From assembly GCA_000004985.1 (NCBI GenBank), contig GG738945.1: a stretch of 36,111 nucleotides of DNA; one strand, 5' to 3'. The notes under the pieces were generated by a model. That model was not told where the DNA came from. It saw only the letters and a program-made list of their open reading frames with translations, and did not search any database. How positions within the stretch are numbered: the first letter of the stretch is position 1; each line of letters starts with the position of its first letter. The DNA is from Naegleria gruberi (Eukaryota). Below, one piece after another: positions 32,201-36,111 of the stretch. The translations under genes were made by a program, and so were the position numbers.

Positions 32201-35200
32201 NNNNNNNNNNNNNNNNNNNNNNNNNNNNNNNNNNNNNNNNNNNNNNNNNNNNNNNNNNNNNNNNNNNNNNNNNNNNNNNNNNNNNNNNNNNNNNNNNNNN
32301 NNNNNNNNNNNNNNNNNNNNNNNNNNNNNNNNNNNNNNNNNNNNNNNNNNNNNNNNNNNNNNNNNNNNNNNNNNNNNNNNNNNNNNNNNNNNNNNNNNNN
32401 NNNNNNNNNNNNNNNNNNNNNNNNNNNNNNNNNNNNNNNNNNNNNNNNNNNNNNNNNNNNNNNNNNNNNNNNNNNNNNNNNNNNNNNNNNNNNNNNNNNN
32501 NNNNNNNNNNNNNNNNNNNNNNNNNNNNNNNNNNNNNNNNNNNNNNNNNNNNNNNNNNNNNNNNNNNNNNNNNNNNNNNNNNNNNNNNNNNNNNNNNNNN
32601 NNNNNNNNNNNNNNNNNNNNNNNNNNNNNNNNNNNNNNNNNNNNNNNNNNNNNNNNNNNNNNNNNNNNNNNNNNNNNNNNNNNNNNNNNNNNNNNNNNNN
32701 NNNNNNNNNNNNNNNNNNNNNNNNNNNNNNNNNNNNNNNNNNNNNNNNNNNNNNNNNNNNNNNNNNNNNNNNNNNNNNNNNNNNNNNNNNNNNNNNNNNN
32801 NNNNNNNNNNNNNNNNNNNNNNNNNNNNNNNNNNNNNNNNNNNNNNNNNNNNNNNNNNNNNNNNNNNNNNNNNNNNNNNNNNNNNNNNNNNNNNNNNNNN
32901 NNNNNNNNNNNNNNNNNNNNNNNNNNNNNNNNNNNNNNNNNNNNNNNNNNNNNNNNNNNNNNNNNNNNNNNNNNNNNNNNNNNNNNNNNNNNNNNNNNNN
33001 NNNNNNNNNNNNNNNNNNNNNNNNNNNNNNNNNNNNNNNNNNNNNNNNNNNNNNNNNNNNNNNNNNNNNNNNNNNNNNNNNNNNNNNNNNNNNNNNNNNN
33101 NNNNNNNNNNNNNNNNNNNNNNNNNNNNNNNNNNNNNNNNNNNNNNNNNNNNNNNNNNNNNNNNNNNNNNNNNNNNNNNNNNNNNNNNNNNNNNNNNNNN
33201 NNNNNNNNNNNNNNNNNNNNNNNNNNNNNNNNNNNNNNNNNNNNNNNNNNNNNNNNNNNNNNNNNNNNNNNNNNNNNNNNNNNNNNNNNNNNNNNNNNNN
33301 NNNNNNNNNNNNNNNNNNNNNNNNNNNNNNNNNNNNNNNNNNNNNNNNNNNNNNNNNNNNNNNNNNNNNNNNNNNNNNNNNNNNNNNNNNNNNNNNNNNN
33401 NNNNNNNNNNNNNNNNNNNNNNNNNNNNNNNNNNNNNNNNNNNNNNNNNNNNNNNNNNNNNNNNNNNNNNNNNNNNNNNNNNNNNNNNNNNNNNNNNNNN
33501 NNNNNNNNNNNNNNNNNNNNNNNNNNNNNNNNNNNNNNNNNNNNNNNNNNNNNNNNNNNNNNNNNNNNNNNNNNNNNNNNNNNNNNNNNNNNNNNNNNNN
33601 NNNNNNNNNNNNNNNNNNNNNNNNNNNNNNNNNNNNNNNNNNNNNNNNNNNNNNNNNNNNNNNNNNNNNNNNNNNNNNNNNNNNNNNNNNNNNNNNNNNN
33701 NNNNNNNNNNNNNNNNNNNNNNNNNNNNNNNNNNNNNNNNNNNNNNNNNNNNNNNNNNNNNNNNNNNNNNNNNNNNNNNNNNNNNNNNNNNNNNNNNNNN
33801 NNNNNNNNNNNNNNNNNNNNNNNNNNNNNNNNNNNNNNNNNNNNNNNNNNNNNNNNNNNNNNNNNNNNNNNNNNNNNNNNNNNNNNNNNNNNNNNNNNNN
33901 NNNNNNNNNNNNNNNNNNNNNNNNNNNNNNNNNNNNNNNNNNNNNNNNNNNNNNNNNNNNNNNNNNNNNNNNNNNNNNNNNNNNNNNNNNNNNNNNNNNN
34001 NNNNNNNNNNNNNNNNNNNNNNNNNNNNNNNNNNNNNNNNNNNNNNNNNNNNNNNNNNNNNNNNNNNNNNNNNNNNNNNNNNNNNNNNNNNNNNNNNNNN
34101 NNNNNNNNNNNNNNNNNNNNNNNNNNNNNNNNNNNNNNNNNNNNNNNNNNNNNNNNNNNNNNNNNNNNNNNNNNNNNNNNNNNNNNNNNNNNNNNNNNNN
34201 NNNNNNNNNNNNNNNNNNNNNNNNNNNNNNNNNNNNNNNNNNNNNNNNNNNNNNNNNNNNNNNNNNNNNNNNNNNNNNNNNNNNNNNNNNNNNNNNNNNN
34301 NNNNNNNNNNNNNNNNNNNNNNNNNNNNNNNNNNNNNNNNNNNNNNNNNNNNNNNNNNNNNNNNNNNNNNNNNNNNNNNNNNNNNNNNNNNNNNNNNNNN
34401 NNNNNNNNNNNNNNNNNNNNNNNNNNNNNNNNNNNNNNNNNNNNNNNNNNNNNNNNNNNNNNNNNNNNNNNNNNNNNNNNNNNNNNNNNNNNNNNNNNNN
34501 NNNNNNNNNNNNNNNNNNNNNNNNNNNNNNNNNNNNNNNNNNNNNNNNNNNNNNNNNNNNNNNNNNNNNNNNNNNNNNNNNNNNNNNNNNNNNNNNNNNN
34601 NNNNNNNNNNNNNNNNNNNNNNNNNNNNNNNNNNNNNNNNNNNNNNNNNNNNNNNNNNNNNNNNNNNNNNNNNNNNNNNNNNNNNNNNNNNNNNNNNNNN
34701 NNNNNNNNNNNNNNNNNNNNNNNNNNNNNNNNNNNNNNNNNNNNNNNNNNNNNNNNNNNNNNNNNNNNNNNNNNNNNNNNNNNNNNNNNNNNNNNNNNNN
34801 NNNNNNNNNNNNNNNNNNNNNNNNNNNNNNNNNNNNNNNNNNNNNNNNNNNNNNNNNNNNNNNNNNNNNNNNNNNNNNNNNNNNNNNNNNNNNNNNNNNN
34901 NNNNNNNNNNNNNNNNNNNNNNNNNNNNNNNNNNNNNNNNNNNNNNNNNNNNNNNNNNNNNNNNNNNNNNNNNNNNNNNNNNNNNNNNNNNNNNNNNNNN
35001 NNNNNNNNNNNNNNNNNNNNNNNNNNNNNNNNNNNNNNNNNNNNNNNNNNNNNNNNNNNNNNNNNNNNNNNNNNNNNNNNNNNNNNNNNNNNNNNNNNNN
35101 NNNNNNNNNNNNNNNNNNNNNNNNNNNNNNNNNNNNNNNNNNNNNNNNNNNNNNNNNNNNNNNNNNNNNNNNNNNNNNNNNNNNNNNNNNNNNNNNNNNN

Positions 35201-35707
35201 NNNNNNNNNNNNNNNNNNNNNNNNNNNNNNNNNNNNNNNNNNNNNNNNNNNNNNNNNNNNNNNNNNNNNNNNNNNNNNNNNNNNNNNNNNNNNNNNNNNN
35301 NNNNNNNNNNNNNNNNNNNNNNNNNNNNNNNNNNNNNNNNNNNNNNNNNNNNNNNNNNNNNNNNNNNNNNNNNNNNNNNNNNNNNNNNNNNNNNNNNNNN
35401 NNNNNNNNNNNNNNNNNNNNNNNNNNNNNNNNNNNNNNNNNNNNNNNNNNNNNNNNNNNNNNNNNNNNNNNNNNNNNNNNNNNNNNNNNNNNNNNNNNNN
35501 NNNNNNNNNNNNNNNNNNNNNNNNNNNNNNNNNNNNNNNNNNNNNNNNNNNNNNNNNNNNNNNNNNNNNNNNNNNNNNNNNNNNNNNNNNNNNNNNNNNN
35601 NNNNNNNNNNNNNNNNNNNNNNNNNNNNNNNNNNNNNNNNNNNNNNNNNNNNNNNNNNNNNNNNNNNNNNNNNNNNNNNNNNNNNNNNNNNNNNNNNNNN
35701 NNNNNNN
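2203..35707. other. Block of 33,505 consecutive N: assembly gap or hard-masked sequence. There is an additional single N at 2156.
   Basis: Seen directly in the sequence. About 93% of the window carries no information. Confidence 1.
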
Positions 35708-35953
35708 AATTCCAATCATAAAAACCACTCCAACAACCAACATTCCCCACAGAACAATATCCATCAATTGATGATTATCAGTATATGTATAAAAACAAGC
35801 TTGTTGCGAGGTGGAAATATTATAAGATACAACCAGACAACTCATTCCGAAAATTAAATAGAAAATAATCCACCAATAACCATCATAATTTGAATCTCGC
35901 TGTTGATGATGATTTTGATGGTGGAAGGATGAGAAACGATTCGAGTTGAGCAT
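35708..35953 (-). CDS. 5' portion of a gene encoding a predicted multi-pass membrane protein; His/Gln-rich N-terminus, then two hydrophobic segments. It is truncated by the N block and its family is not identified.
   Basis: ORF MLNSNRFSSFHHQNHHQQRDSNYDGYWWIIFYLIFGMSCLVVSYNISTSQQACFYTYTDNHQLMDIVLWGMLVVGVVFMIGI is open into the gap. ATG at 35953..35951 sits in an aaagaaaaATG context. The ORF track starts this ORF at a TTG at 35992..35990, which is less likely to be the real start. Hydrophobic segments are WWIIFYLIFGMSCLVVSY and LMDIVLWGMLVVGVVFMIGI. Confidence 0.5.
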
Positions 35954-36111
35954 TTTTCTTTGAGAGTTTTTTTCAATTAAATTTGGCGCCAAAAATTTTT
36001 GTCATCTTGATTTTGGTGGGAGAATTATCAACCTACTAAGGTGTGATTCAAAACAAGCATCAGAACGGATATATTTACCTTGACAATGTTCTCCTCTTTT
36101 TGTGATATCAG

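Noticed and set aside
2126-35992. Four ORFs of about 11,200 aa each in the six-frame track (2126..35992 -, 2169..35750 -, 2194..35715 -, 2187..35771 +)
   Set aside because: They exist only because the N block translates to X without stops. The only real coding signal among them is the N-terminal 82 residues at 35953..35708 (minus strand), reported separately as a partial CDS.
1-36111. CRISPR arrays, prokaryotic operons, defence-island-like gene clusters, tandem repeats
   Set aside because: The readable 2.6 kb shows no direct-repeat/spacer periodicity, no Shine-Dalgarno-spaced polycistronic ORFs, and no satellite-like periodicity. The spliceosomal introns and the Pol III tRNA with a eukaryotic-type intron point to a eukaryotic nuclear locus.

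Overview
Only about 2.6 kb of this 36,111-nt window is real sequence (1..2202 and 35708..36111). Positions 2203..35707, a block of 33,505 nt, are all N, with one extra N at 2156. Any large system sitting in the middle of the window cannot be assessed from what was given, and I will not invent one. The readable flanks look eukaryotic and nematode-like: about 65% AT, roughly 50-nt introns with GTAAGT donors, and aaaaATG start contexts. They contain three things. First, a plus-strand tRNA gene (253..341), apparently tRNA-Cys(GCA), with a 17-nt intron, internal Pol III A and B boxes, and T-tract terminators. Second, a convergent three-exon minus-strand gene (1765..368). It encodes a roughly 430-aa type II (signal-anchor) membrane protein that resembles the N-terminal glycosyltransferase domain of lysyl hydroxylase LH3 (gene PLOD3), a GT-A fold with a DxxD motif. 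Third, the 5' end of a minus-strand gene (35953..35708) that encodes an N-terminal fragment with two hydrophobic segments and runs straight into the N block. The multi-thousand-residue ORFs in the supplied track are artefacts of translating N as X. There is no CRISPR array, repeat array or prokaryotic operon architecture in the readable part.
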